64,000 nt of DNA from a virus. Below are positions 36,703 through 44,547 of the stretch, one piece after another. The notes below the pieces were generated by a model. It had not been told where the DNA came from and made no database searches. It saw nothing but the letters and a program-made list of their open reading frames with translations. Position 1 is the stretch's first letter. Every line of letters begins with the position of its first letter. The stretch lies in the IMG/VR virus record IMGVR_UViG_3300010354_000045, positions 97,494-161,493 of that record; one strand, 5' to 3'. Both the position numbers and the translations under genes were made by a program.

Positions 36703-37332
36703 TCATTCTCCTAAAATATGAAGTGCGTGATTGTAGTGTTTGATTCGGTCTTCTAGACCTAACGTTCCTCCGTTAATTCTTTTAGTCAAAGTTAACATAT
36801 CACCTTTATCGGCCCACTGATTAAGATTGTTGGCCTCCCAGAACCAAGCTGCTGATTGTACACACCCTTCAAATGTAGTTAAGTGCTCGCCAGCTTCTTC
36901 TACAGATATTTCTAAACTTTGTGCATATCTTTCATAATTGCTTTTTCCAGTTAACTGGATCAATCCTCGACCACAATATCTCCATCCATCGCCACTTTCT
37001 TCAGGGCCATTGCCCATCCTGTTAGCATATGCTCTATTGGCAATTTTTTCAGGCTGTTGTGCATATTGTCTAGCTATTTCTATGGTAGGAAAATATCTTG
37101 GCCATACCTTCATTAAACTTTCTGCTCTATAATTTAGATTTTCTTTAATTGCACGATAGTTTCCTGATTCATGTGCTGTTTGTGCTAAGAATGCAGCAAC
37201 TCTAGGCACAGTTTGAATTTCGTAATCTGGTAAAATTTGGCATAGTGCTTCATACCAATGATCTGCGTAAGGGTTTTTTCCAATGAAAAAAGAAAATTTC
37301 TTAAAGGTAAAGTCAAAATCGAATCCGCTCAT
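36703..37332 (-). CDS. Glycoside hydrolase family 19 endolysin
   Basis: FLAQTAHES, ENLNY, GDGWRYCGRGLIQLTG, SAAWFW and INGG..GL.DR. Confidence 0.93.
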   Translation of the reverse strand: MSGFDFDFTFKKFSFFIGKNPYADHWYEALCQILPDYEIQTVPRVAAFLAQTAHESGNYRAIKENLNYRAESLMKVWPRYFPTIEIARQYAQQPEKIANRAYANRMGNGPEESGDGWRYCGRGLIQLTGKSNYERYAQSLEISVEEAGEHLTTFEGCVQSAAWFWEANNLNQWADKGDMLTLTKRINGGTLGLEDRIKHYNHALHILGE

Positions 37333-38063
37333 AGTTTCTCCAATGCTACAGCCCAGTTACTGTTTTCAAAAATAAAATAGTTTCCAATTTTGTTTATGTT
37401 ATAATTTCCTATGTACTTGGTAAGAAATAGTGTTTCTGCTATTCCGTTCCCTTCGATTACAATAGGACCTTTAATTTGTTCATAAACTAACTGTTTAGGA
37501 CCACTTGTTACTATTCTAAAGCTGATAGGATCAGCCCAGGCTTTTTTAAATTTTATGTTTTCGTCAAGGACGCTTATATTTTCTAAGTAACTGTTACTAA
37601 AAAAATTGGTAAAGTTTTCTAATACATTTTTTTGTGTAGCAAGTGTGTATGATTCTTTATCAATAGGGACAATCGCTGACAAGTTTTCAATTGTTGCGTC
37701 TTGGCTTTTGAAATTTTTAAAGTATCTAAAACGCATCAATGGTATACCTGTTATTTTTTCTAGACCTTCTAGTATCTCAAAAATTTGCTCAGGTACATGT
37801 CTAGTTCTTTCTAGTTCGACAAAAACTTTATAAGTACCGTCATCTGTTTCGCCTGATGACACATCTGCATCAAGAACAAAGTCGTACCCCATCTCTATAA
37901 AGTTTTCTAAATCTTTAGCAGGGTCTTCGTATTCAACGGTAAAACTTAAAACAACCGTATCTTGATCATCACCTATTTTACTTTTATAGGCATCTATTTC
38001 AAAAACCTTTTTAACTAGGCCTTGAAGATCTTTAGCAAGTAAACTTTCATTTAATGTTTTCAT
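37329..38063 (-). CDS. Hypothetical phage protein
   Basis: 244-aa ORF in a late operon. Confidence 0.8.
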   Translation of the reverse strand: MKTLNESLLAKDLQGLVKKVFEIDAYKSKIGDDQDTVVLSFTVEYEDPAKDLENFIEMGYDFVLDADVSSGETDDGTYKVFVELERTRHVPEQIFEILEGLEKITGIPLMRFRYFKNFKSQDATIENLSAIVPIDKESYTLATQKNVLENFTNFFSNSYLENISVLDENIKFKKAWADPISFRIVTSGPKQLVYEQIKGPIVIEGNGIAETLFLTKYIGNYNINKIGNYFIFENSNWAVALEKL

Positions 38064-38065
38064 AT

Positions 38066-38626
38066 TTACTGTGCCGGTGGTGTAGCTGGTGCAGCACCTG
38101 CTACTGGCGCTGCTTGAGGGTTAGCTGCCGGGGCTGCGGGCACCGGAGCTGCCGGGGGAGCAGATCCTTCTTTAGGAGCTGAACTATCTTTATAGTCATT
38201 TTTCATTTTTTCCATGTAGCCTTTATAGATATCAAAAGCTACTTTCTTTGGCATTTGTATTTCTACAATCCAAATTGGTTTGCGATCTAGTTTACCTTTT
38301 TTTGTACCTGGTCTAAAATCTTCGTGACTTCTAATAGGCATTGCTTCTAGTAAGTGAGATTTTTGATACTTAACTTTGCAGCCTAAATCTAATAAACGCT
38401 TTCCACCTATAGGGTCAGGCATTTTATTTTGAGGCCACATAAAGCCTGCGGTAATCCAGTGACGGTCTACTTTAGGTCCGTAGGCTAATTCACCGTCGTA
38501 CCAGTTATCATAAGCATACAGATCCATTTGATCTAGAACTCGTTCGAAGTCTTTTAATACCGCTAAACTACTGTTATTTTCGTACAGATCTTGTATGTTT
38601 CTAATAACATCTAAAATGTCGTGCAT
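38066..38626 (-). CDS. Hypothetical phage protein with Ala/Pro-rich tail
   Basis: 186-aa ORF preceded by TAAATA at 38654-38659. Confidence 0.8.
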   Translation of the reverse strand: MHDILDVIRNIQDLYENNSSLAVLKDFERVLDQMDLYAYDNWYDGELAYGPKVDRHWITAGFMWPQNKMPDPIGGKRLLDLGCKVKYQKSHLLEAMPIRSHEDFRPGTKKGKLDRKPIWIVEIQMPKKVAFDIYKGYMEKMKNDYKDSSAPKEGSAPPAAPVPAAPAANPQAAPVAGAAPATPPAQ

Positions 38627-38653
38627 GTTTTTAATCCTAGGATTTACTATACT

Positions 38654-38712
38654 TATTTAGCTGGATCAAAATCATAACATATCAGTTTATTTTTTTAGGA
38701 AACTGTTAAATA
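38654..38712. promoter_or_regulatory. Divergent pair of TAAATA late-promoter motifs
   Basis: Minus-strand TAAATA at 38654-38659 and plus-strand TAAATA at 38707-38712, between divergent genes. Confidence 0.55.
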
Positions 38713-38783
38713 TTTTTGTAGGACCTCTGTAGTTATCGGGCGGTCGCTACAAGTCCTGCTTACTATAAAGTAGGAGTTACTAG

Positions 38784-39500
38784 ATGAGTAAAAGAGTGAA
38801 AAAACGCTTTACATCAGAAGTTAAAGTAATAGATTTTGAAGCATATCTTCCACAAAAGAAATATCGTGTTACAATTTCAGCACGTAATCCTAATCAAAAA
38901 ACGTACTTGCAAAAACTACAAGACGAAAGCAAAAATATAATTTTAGCAGTCGGTCCAGCTGGCACAGGTAAAACTATGCTAGCAGTTCAGCACGGTATAA
39001 AAATGTATCAGGAAGGGCTTGTTGATAAAATCGTAGTTACTAGACCCGCCGTTTCAGTAGACGAAGATCTAGGATTTTTGCCAGGAACATTACAAGAAAA
39101 AATGGCCCCTTGGACAAGACCTATTTTTGACGTTTTCCAAGAGTATTATCAACAAAAAGAAATAGCTAAAATGCTAGAAGAAGGAGTAATTGAAATAAGT
39201 CCGTTAGCATATATGCGCGGCCGCACATTTAAAAACGCATATATAGTTGCCGACGAGATGCAAAATGCAACAGTTAATCAAATGAAAATGTTGCTAACAA
39301 GATTAGGTGAAGGGTCAAAAATGGTAGTCACCGGAGACCTTAACCAAGCAGACAGACTAAAAGATAATGGTCTTATAGATTTTTGTAATCTTATTACAAA
39401 CAAACAATTACACCATATCGATGTAGTGCAGTTTGATCACACTGATATAGAAAGGCACAATGCTGTAAAAGAAGTTTTAGAAGTTTACGGCGATTATTAA
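38784..39500 (+). CDS. phoH: PhoH-family ATPase
   Basis: GPAGTGKT, TRPAV, GFLPG, MRGRTF, DEMQN and GD..Q.D. Confidence 0.96.
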   Translation: MSKRVKKRFTSEVKVIDFEAYLPQKKYRVTISARNPNQKTYLQKLQDESKNIILAVGPAGTGKTMLAVQHGIKMYQEGLVDKIVVTRPAVSVDEDLGFLPGTLQEKMAPWTRPIFDVFQEYYQQKEIAKMLEEGVIEISPLAYMRGRTFKNAYIVADEMQNATVNQMKMLLTRLGEGSKMVVTGDLNQADRLKDNGLIDFCNLITNKQLHHIDVVQFDHTDIERHNAVKEVLEVYGDY

Positions 39501-39530
39501 AAATAAAGGGCGATTATTCGCCCTTTATTT
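39501..39530. terminator. Bidirectional terminator between convergent genes
   Basis: AAATAAAGGGCGA-TTAT-TCGCCCTTTATTT perfect 13-bp inverted repeat. Confidence 0.85.
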
Positions 39531-40029
39531 GATTTACCTCAATTCCACTTTTTTCTAGGAATTTGATTCCTGCATCATCTCTATAGTTTTGACCAAAATA
39601 AACACGACGAATACCTGACTGACAAATGAGCTTGGCACAGTCAAGACAAGGGCTGTGAGTAACAAATAAGTCCGCGCCGAGTCCACTGTTGTTAGACTTT
39701 GCCAGTTTTGCAATAGCGTTTGATTCAGCATGAAGAACTTCAGGTTTTGTTTTTAGGCCGTATCGAACATCACGGCCCGCTTCTTCGTGCCAACCTTCGT
39801 AGGGATATTGTTCGTCAAACTCTTCAGGACTCAACCATCCGCCTGCACCCTTGTCCCAAACTTGATCTTCGCAGTTGTTGTCCCAACCAGCAGGCATACC
39901 GTTATAGCCGTAGCTGATGACACTGTCGTCTTTAACAATAACAGCACCTACCTGTAGTCTACGTGCATGACTAAGTTCGGCACATCGCTTTGCCCAATCC
40001 ATATATAATTGTAGAAATTTATTTTTCAT
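39514..40029 (-). CDS. dCMP deaminase
   Basis: VGAVIV, GYNG, HAESNAI and SPCLDC. Confidence 0.93.
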   Translation of the reverse strand: MKNKFLQLYMDWAKRCAELSHARRLQVGAVIVKDDSVISYGYNGMPAGWDNNCEDQVWDKGAGGWLSPEEFDEQYPYEGWHEEAGRDVRYGLKTKPEVLHAESNAIAKLAKSNNSGLGADLFVTHSPCLDCAKLICQSGIRRVYFGQNYRDDAGIKFLEKSGIEVNQIKGE

Positions 40030-40492
40030 CGACTTCTATCCAAGTATGATCACCCAACCATTTAACTTGACAAATATATTCATACTCTTCAGGAGCTCCA
40101 GTTGACCAGTCATTAGGACCATGATGTGCTAATATTGTTCTATTTTTTCTATGATCAACTGCTAACCAGTATGTCTTTCCGTGGTACACTTGAAACTGAT
40201 AATATGCACCGTGTACCATATCAGTTATATCTAATCTTCTTTTTATTTGTGCTGCCTGTTTTTGTAAGACTGCAACTAATTCCATGATTCTATTGTATTC
40301 TTGTTCGGCGTGCATTCTGGCCACATTGACCATAATGTCTTTTTGTTTTTCAACCGGTATTAAATCAAATTTAGGGCCACCGGCCTCGGTAGCATAAGGT
40401 GTTACATTCCTATTAAAAAAAGGAACGATACTTTCGCCTATATTAGCGTCGTAACTATTAACACCTTTAGCTGAATTAGGTTTATCATCCAT
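40019..40492 (-). CDS. Hypothetical protein (DUF2452-like)
   Basis: Coiled coil followed by F....GKTYWL...P.DW...GDHTW. Confidence 0.6.
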   Translation of the reverse strand: MDDKPNSAKGVNSYDANIGESIVPFFNRNVTPYATEAGGPKFDLIPVEKQKDIMVNVARMHAEQEYNRIMELVAVLQKQAAQIKRRLDITDMVHGAYYQFQVYHGKTYWLAVDHRKNRTILAHHGPNDWSTGAPEEYEYICQVKWLGDHTWIEVDEK

Positions 40493-41405
40493 TTAAATGA
40501 CTTAATCTAATTAAGGTTGCCGCAAGGTTAATTTCCGGATCGCTGACCAGTGTGTGATCAACAAGACCTTGCTTGATAATAAGAATAGCTTTGTCTTGAG
40601 TTTGTTCGTTTCCAAAAATGGCAATGTTGTCGTAGAGCCATCTATAAATTTCTTCCATCTCCTCTGGGCGAGCCTGACCGCAGACGAGCTTACGGGCTTC
40701 CGAGATTTTACCTTTTTTGAATAACTCAACCATTTCGAGTTTGTAATCTGCCTCACCGGCATCTCCTTTTTCTGGACTGTGTAATTTACCGTCCAAACTG
40801 TTCATTTGCACCATATTGATACATTTCCTTAAATCAGGATATGTGGCACGTACAAATGTATCTAGTGTGTCTAGTTCGAATTCAATATTTTCTTCTACAA
40901 GAATTGTTGCAACACGAGCTGTAAATTCATTAATATCAACTCGCTCAATATGGAAACCTTGACAACGAGAATGTAAAGCAGGAATGATCCGATTAGGATA
41001 ATTGCAAGTAAGAATAAAACGAGCAGTAGTATGATACTCCTCCATAACCCCGCGAAGCGCGGCCTGTGCATTTGGTGATAGATAATCTGCTTCATCTAAT
41101 AACACTATCTTAAAATTTCCAAAAGGAATCATCTGAACAAAATTGACAATCTTGTCTCTAACGTCTTCTACAGAGTTTGTGCGACTTGCATTAATTTCTA
41201 AAATATCTAAGGGATTAATATCTAGTTCATTAAACAAGATCTTAGCAAGGGTAGTTTTACCAATACCTGCATTACCACTAAACAACAAGTGAGGAATAGT
41301 TCCTTCTTTCACCCACCGATGTACTTGTTCTTTTTGATGTTCATCTCTAAAAACATAACCATCTAATGTCTTAGGACGATATTTTTCAACCCAAAGTTCT
41401 TTCAT
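40485..41405 (-). CDS. Clamp loader ATPase subunit (gp44/RFC-small-like)
   Basis: WVEKYRP, GNAGIGKTT, EINAS, LDEAD and SRC. Confidence 0.95.
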   Translation of the reverse strand: MKELWVEKYRPKTLDGYVFRDEHQKEQVHRWVKEGTIPHLLFSGNAGIGKTTLAKILFNELDINPLDILEINASRTNSVEDVRDKIVNFVQMIPFGNFKIVLLDEADYLSPNAQAALRGVMEEYHTTARFILTCNYPNRIIPALHSRCQGFHIERVDINEFTARVATILVEENIEFELDTLDTFVRATYPDLRKCINMVQMNSLDGKLHSPEKGDAGEADYKLEMVELFKKGKISEARKLVCGQARPEEMEEIYRWLYDNIAIFGNEQTQDKAILIIKQGLVDHTLVSDPEINLAATLIRLSHLNG

Positions 41406-41545
41406 TTAAACCATCCTTTAATAATTTTCCAAAGATTAAGAAAGCGCATAGAATGCAAATTCACTGTTGCTGGGTGGTGTGGGCACCTTCCCTGTTGCCA
41501 ATCACAAGTGATAGTATATTCTTTGCCACAAGTTTGACAATTCAT
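41402..41545 (-). CDS. 47-aa Cys/His-rich protein not in the ORF track
   Basis: MNCQTCGKEYTITCDWQQGRCPHHP...; ATGA overlaps with both neighbours. Confidence 0.75.
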   Translation of the reverse strand: MNCQTCGKEYTITCDWQQGRCPHHPATVNLHSMRFLNLWKIIKGWFK

Positions 41546-41970
41546 GGATTATCCTTATAAGTTTTTATTAACTCGGCATCGACTACTCTTTGCCTAAGCT
41601 CACTAGTTGAAAAAGAATGTCTTCTTTTGTTAAAATAAAATTCCATTGGAATTTTATGACCGGTGAATTCATTTTTCATATATTCTTCACCTAAAATTCT
41701 AACATCTATAGGATAAGAAAGTAATATATCTTCTAATTCTTTTTCCGTAGTGTAGGGTATAACTTCATCAATATATTTACAAGCCTGTAATTGCACAAAC
41801 CTTTCAAATACACTCTGAACAGGTTTGTTTTTTGTGTTTGGTCGATCTACGGTAGGGTCTGTTTGAAGCCCTACAATAAGATAGTCACATTGAGTTTTTG
41901 CTTCTTTAAGCATCATTATATGACCTGCATGAAACAAGTCAAAAGTTGAACAAGTAAATCCTATACGCAT
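41542..41970 (-). CDS. TagD-like cytidylyltransferase
   Basis: GFTCSTFDLFHAGH, IVGLQTD, KP and SSELR-type motifs; start MRIGF at 41970. Confidence 0.88.
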   Translation of the reverse strand: MRIGFTCSTFDLFHAGHIMMLKEAKTQCDYLIVGLQTDPTVDRPNTKNKPVQSVFERFVQLQACKYIDEVIPYTTEKELEDILLSYPIDVRILGEEYMKNEFTGHKIPMEFYFNKRRHSFSTSELRQRVVDAELIKTYKDNP

Positions 41971-41976
41971 AATAAC

Positions 41977-42016
41977 ATTGTAGCAAAAACAAATAGGGCC
42001 TGTCAAGACCCTATTT
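41977..42016 (-). promoter_or_regulatory. Terminator-like hairpin with the -35 box in its loop; promoter for a leaderless mRNA
   Basis: AAATAGGGTC-TTGACA-GGCCCTATTT followed by GTTTTT; TTGACA-18nt-TACAAT; ATG lies 7 nt after the -10 box. Confidence 0.7.
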
Positions 42017-42134
42017 TATACATTTCAATAAAAGACTCAAACGGCAATCGCCGCCAAAACTCAAAAGCTTCGTTTAAAGTTTTGAATTCTTTCGTATGTT
42101 TAGTATTATAGATAGCATAAACAACTTTATACAT
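42003..42134 (-). CDS. 43-aa hypothetical protein not in the ORF track
   Basis: MYKVVYAIYNTKHTKEFKTLNEAFEFWRRLPFESFIEMYKIGS; overlaps the upstream stop and fills the gap. Confidence 0.55.
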   Translation of the reverse strand: MYKVVYAIYNTKHTKEFKTLNEAFEFWRRLPFESFIEMYKIGS

Positions 42135-42504
42135 TGTTTTTATTTAGGTAAGGTTTTAAGTTAGGAGGAGTCCATCCAACTGGCTTTAACACTTTACCAT
42201 CTTCACGTTTTCGAACCTTGCCTGTCTGAGAGTCAATTTTGTCAAAATTTGTACGCATGACTTCTTTCCACGCACCCTCAGCATCGGCCCCCATAGAATG
42301 GATAGCACCAATTGTAACAACTAGTATGTCGATAAGAGCATCTAATTGTTCTACGGAATCTTTGTTAGATTCTGCTGTAACAAGTTCATCGAATTCTTCT
42401 TCGATTAGATTTTTGTACATTTCAAACTGTTTAAGATTGAAATCGCCAACAGTTTGATCGCAGGCTTTCATAAATTTTTCTTGATCTCTAAAAGGATTTG
42501 TCAT
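42127..42504 (-). CDS. MazG/PRA-PH-like nucleotide pyrophosphohydrolase
   Basis: LIEEEFDEL...LDALIDILVV.IG...V..TN..K...REDGKVLKP. Confidence 0.85.
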   Translation of the reverse strand: MTNPFRDQEKFMKACDQTVGDFNLKQFEMYKNLIEEEFDELVTAESNKDSVEQLDALIDILVVTIGAIHSMGADAEGAWKEVMRTNFDKIDSQTGKVRKREDGKVLKPVGWTPPNLKPYLNKNNV

Positions 42505-42506
42505 TT

Positions 42507-42878
42507 TTAAAAGTTAAAAGTTTGATGTTGTGCAGTACTTACATTACTAAAAATTGTTTCTGATGGTTTATCATCACTGACTGCAAGAATTGCTTTAGTA
42601 TCTGCTCTTCGGATAACAATTTCGTCACCGTTTTCATTTACTACAGTAATGCCTCTCGACCATCGACCGTGTTCTAATAGAATCCATTCACCTACTTTGA
42701 CGTCTTCTTGTTGAGGGCCAATTGCCCATACACGCCCCCAGCGACTCTTAACACCTTCGCTCTTGCCATCTTGGCTAGGAATAATAATTCCTCCTTTGGT
42801 TTTTTCTTCTCCGAACTCCATATCGGAAACAAAAATATTATCCTTTAGTGGTATTAGTTTTCCAGTTACTTTACTCAT
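42507..42878 (-). CDS. GroES-like co-chaperonin
   Basis: PLKDNIFV, EEKTKGGIIIP, GRVWAIGP and VKVGE. Confidence 0.88.
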   Translation of the reverse strand: MSKVTGKLIPLKDNIFVSDMEFGEEKTKGGIIIPSQDGKSEGVKSRWGRVWAIGPQQEDVKVGEWILLEHGRWSRGITVVNENGDEIVIRRADTKAILAVSDDKPSETIFSNVSTAQHQTFNF

Positions 42879-43159
42879 TATTCGTTACCTTCTGGATCCA
42901 TATTCGAAACGTCTTTTTTCTGAACCTGTGTTCTAGTATTAATCTGATCGGGTACAGAAACTCCTCCCGATGTATCCTGTAATACTTCTTCACGTTTACG
43001 GATAATTTTGCCACCTGGACCTAATTCGTCGCCCCTGGCATTTACCTTAGCGTTGCCGACAGCAGGAGTTAGTTCATTTTGCATCATTAGCTTGTGCATG
43101 TCAACTTCTTTTCCCTGCATTGTTCTGTAAACTTGTCTTGGTTGCTCTTTCATAGCCAT
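42878..43159 (-). CDS. Hypothetical phage protein
   Basis: AVGNAKVNARGDELGPGG; AAGGAG RBS. Confidence 0.8.
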   Translation of the reverse strand: MAMKEQPRQVYRTMQGKEVDMHKLMMQNELTPAVGNAKVNARGDELGPGGKIIRKREEVLQDTSGGVSVPDQINTRTQVQKKDVSNMDPEGNE

Positions 43160-43183
43160 ACCTGTCTCCTTAATGTATATTAC

Positions 43184-43699
43184 TTATCTTAGAAATTCGC
43201 GCCAGTCCAAATTATATTTTATGCTGTCTATTTTATGAACGCCTAACAAATATAAAACATAACTGGCTACGCTGCTTCCTCGTCCTACACCCCATAATAT
43301 ATTTTCTTTTGAACAAACGTCTACAAAATATTTTAGCCATCGCAATAAATCTAGCATGTTTCTTGCTTTAAACTCTTCTAGTTCTTCTTTAACTCTAGTA
43401 AAGTTTGGATCCCATGGTGGCGATCGATCTAAAATAAAAGATTCAATATCTAGACTTTTGTATTCTTTGGGCATGTGCCAATCGGCTTGCATGTATCGAT
43501 CAAAATCTTCTATACTCAAATCATCATTAGGATTAATTGGCGGAACAAAACTAAAGTCAAACTGTTCTTCCAATTTAGCAATTTCGTCTGTTCTATCAAC
43601 AATGATAGTGTCGTTGATTGTTATTTGATGCCCTTTGTATATGGCATCAAATAAATCTTTCTCATTAAAAATAGGATTTTTATACTGATCGAGTCTCAT
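43184..43699 (-). CDS. DNA polymerase III alpha (DnaE)-like fragment
   Basis: RVKEEL...GVGRGSSVASYVLYLLG.HKID..KY.L....FL; ends just before the PDIDxD motif. Confidence 0.8.
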   Translation of the reverse strand: MRLDQYKNPIFNEKDLFDAIYKGHQITINDTIIVDRTDEIAKLEEQFDFSFVPPINPNDDLSIEDFDRYMQADWHMPKEYKSLDIESFILDRSPPWDPNFTRVKEELEEFKARNMLDLLRWLKYFVDVCSKENILWGVGRGSSVASYVLYLLGVHKIDSIKYNLDWREFLR

Positions 43700-43734
43700 G
43701 TCAACATTTTAGTTGACATTTATCAGTTTGTCAA
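43698..43734 (-). promoter_or_regulatory. Sigma70 promoter with the -10 box flanked by an 8-bp inverted repeat; leaderless start
   Basis: TTGACA-17nt-TAAAAT-6nt-ATG; ATGTCAAC/GTTGACAT arms. Confidence 0.75.
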
Positions 43735-43939
43735 GATTTTTATCTCGAGATGCTATCATTTTCTCGTATTCTTTAGCTCGCCGACTGCTTAGTTCTTCTC
43801 TATAACAGTCAAGAACAGCAACTATTTGAGCTTGCACCCCTGGATTAACTGTTTGGAAATATTTTCTAGTTAACTCGTTTATTTTGTTTTCCAATTCAGC
43901 ATCTTTAAATGTATTTAAATCTGGAACTAATGGATGCAT
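43709..43939 (-). CDS. Small helical hypothetical protein
   Basis: Probable start MHPLVPDL at 43939, just after the upstream stop. Confidence 0.7.
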   Translation of the reverse strand: MHPLVPDLNTFKDAELENKINELTRKYFQTVNPGVQAQIVAVLDCYREELSSRRAKEYEKMIASRDKNLDKLINVN

Positions 43940-43941
43940 AA

Positions 43942-44547
43942 TTAAGATACTACGTAAGAACCAAGCAACCTTATAAAGACATTTGCACCATTGTCGTATG
44001 ACCAAGCTTCGATAACTTTATGATCACCAGTAGCATTAACTGTTAACGCTGCCCAGCCGTCGGGCAGTCTTATAGTGCCACCACCTTCTGTTGCAAAAGA
44101 CACACTGTAAGGAGCACCTACAGCAGGTACAGGAACTGTTCCTGTAGATAATAAATGGATTTTTATTTTAGTAGATCCAACGTTTGGCCAATTAATAAAT
44201 CTTAAAGTTGCCGCAGCACTTAATTTAAAAATCTGTGTAGCTGCTGTTAATAAATTAACATCAGTTGTTCCTGAAATCACTGTGGGTCCGTATGACACTT
44301 CTGATAAAGAATTAACTAAGCCGTTTGATAATGTACTACCTAACAAATCGTTAACTACTGGAGTGCTAGGTATAGCTAATGTTCCTCTAAGAAGTGCTTT
44401 ATCTTGCAACGATGTAATTTCGTTTTTAGCAGTAGATAAAGCCGATGCTATCGCTGTAAAATTATCTCTAAATCCTTGACTGTCGTTATCTATCCCAGCT
44501 ACTGGATATAGCTGATTAATAGACGCGGTGTTTATTTGGCTGGTCAT
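43942..44547 (-). CDS. Virion structural (baseplate/tail) protein
   Basis: YPVAGIDNDSQGFRDNF N-terminus, coiled coil and beta-rich C-terminus. Confidence 0.7.
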   Translation of the reverse strand: MTSQINTASINQLYPVAGIDNDSQGFRDNFTAIASALSTAKNEITSLQDKALLRGTLAIPSTPVVNDLLGSTLSNGLVNSLSEVSYGPTVISGTTDVNLLTAATQIFKLSAAATLRFINWPNVGSTKIKIHLLSTGTVPVPAVGAPYSVSFATEGGGTIRLPDGWAALTVNATGDHKVIEAWSYDNGANVFIRLLGSYVVS

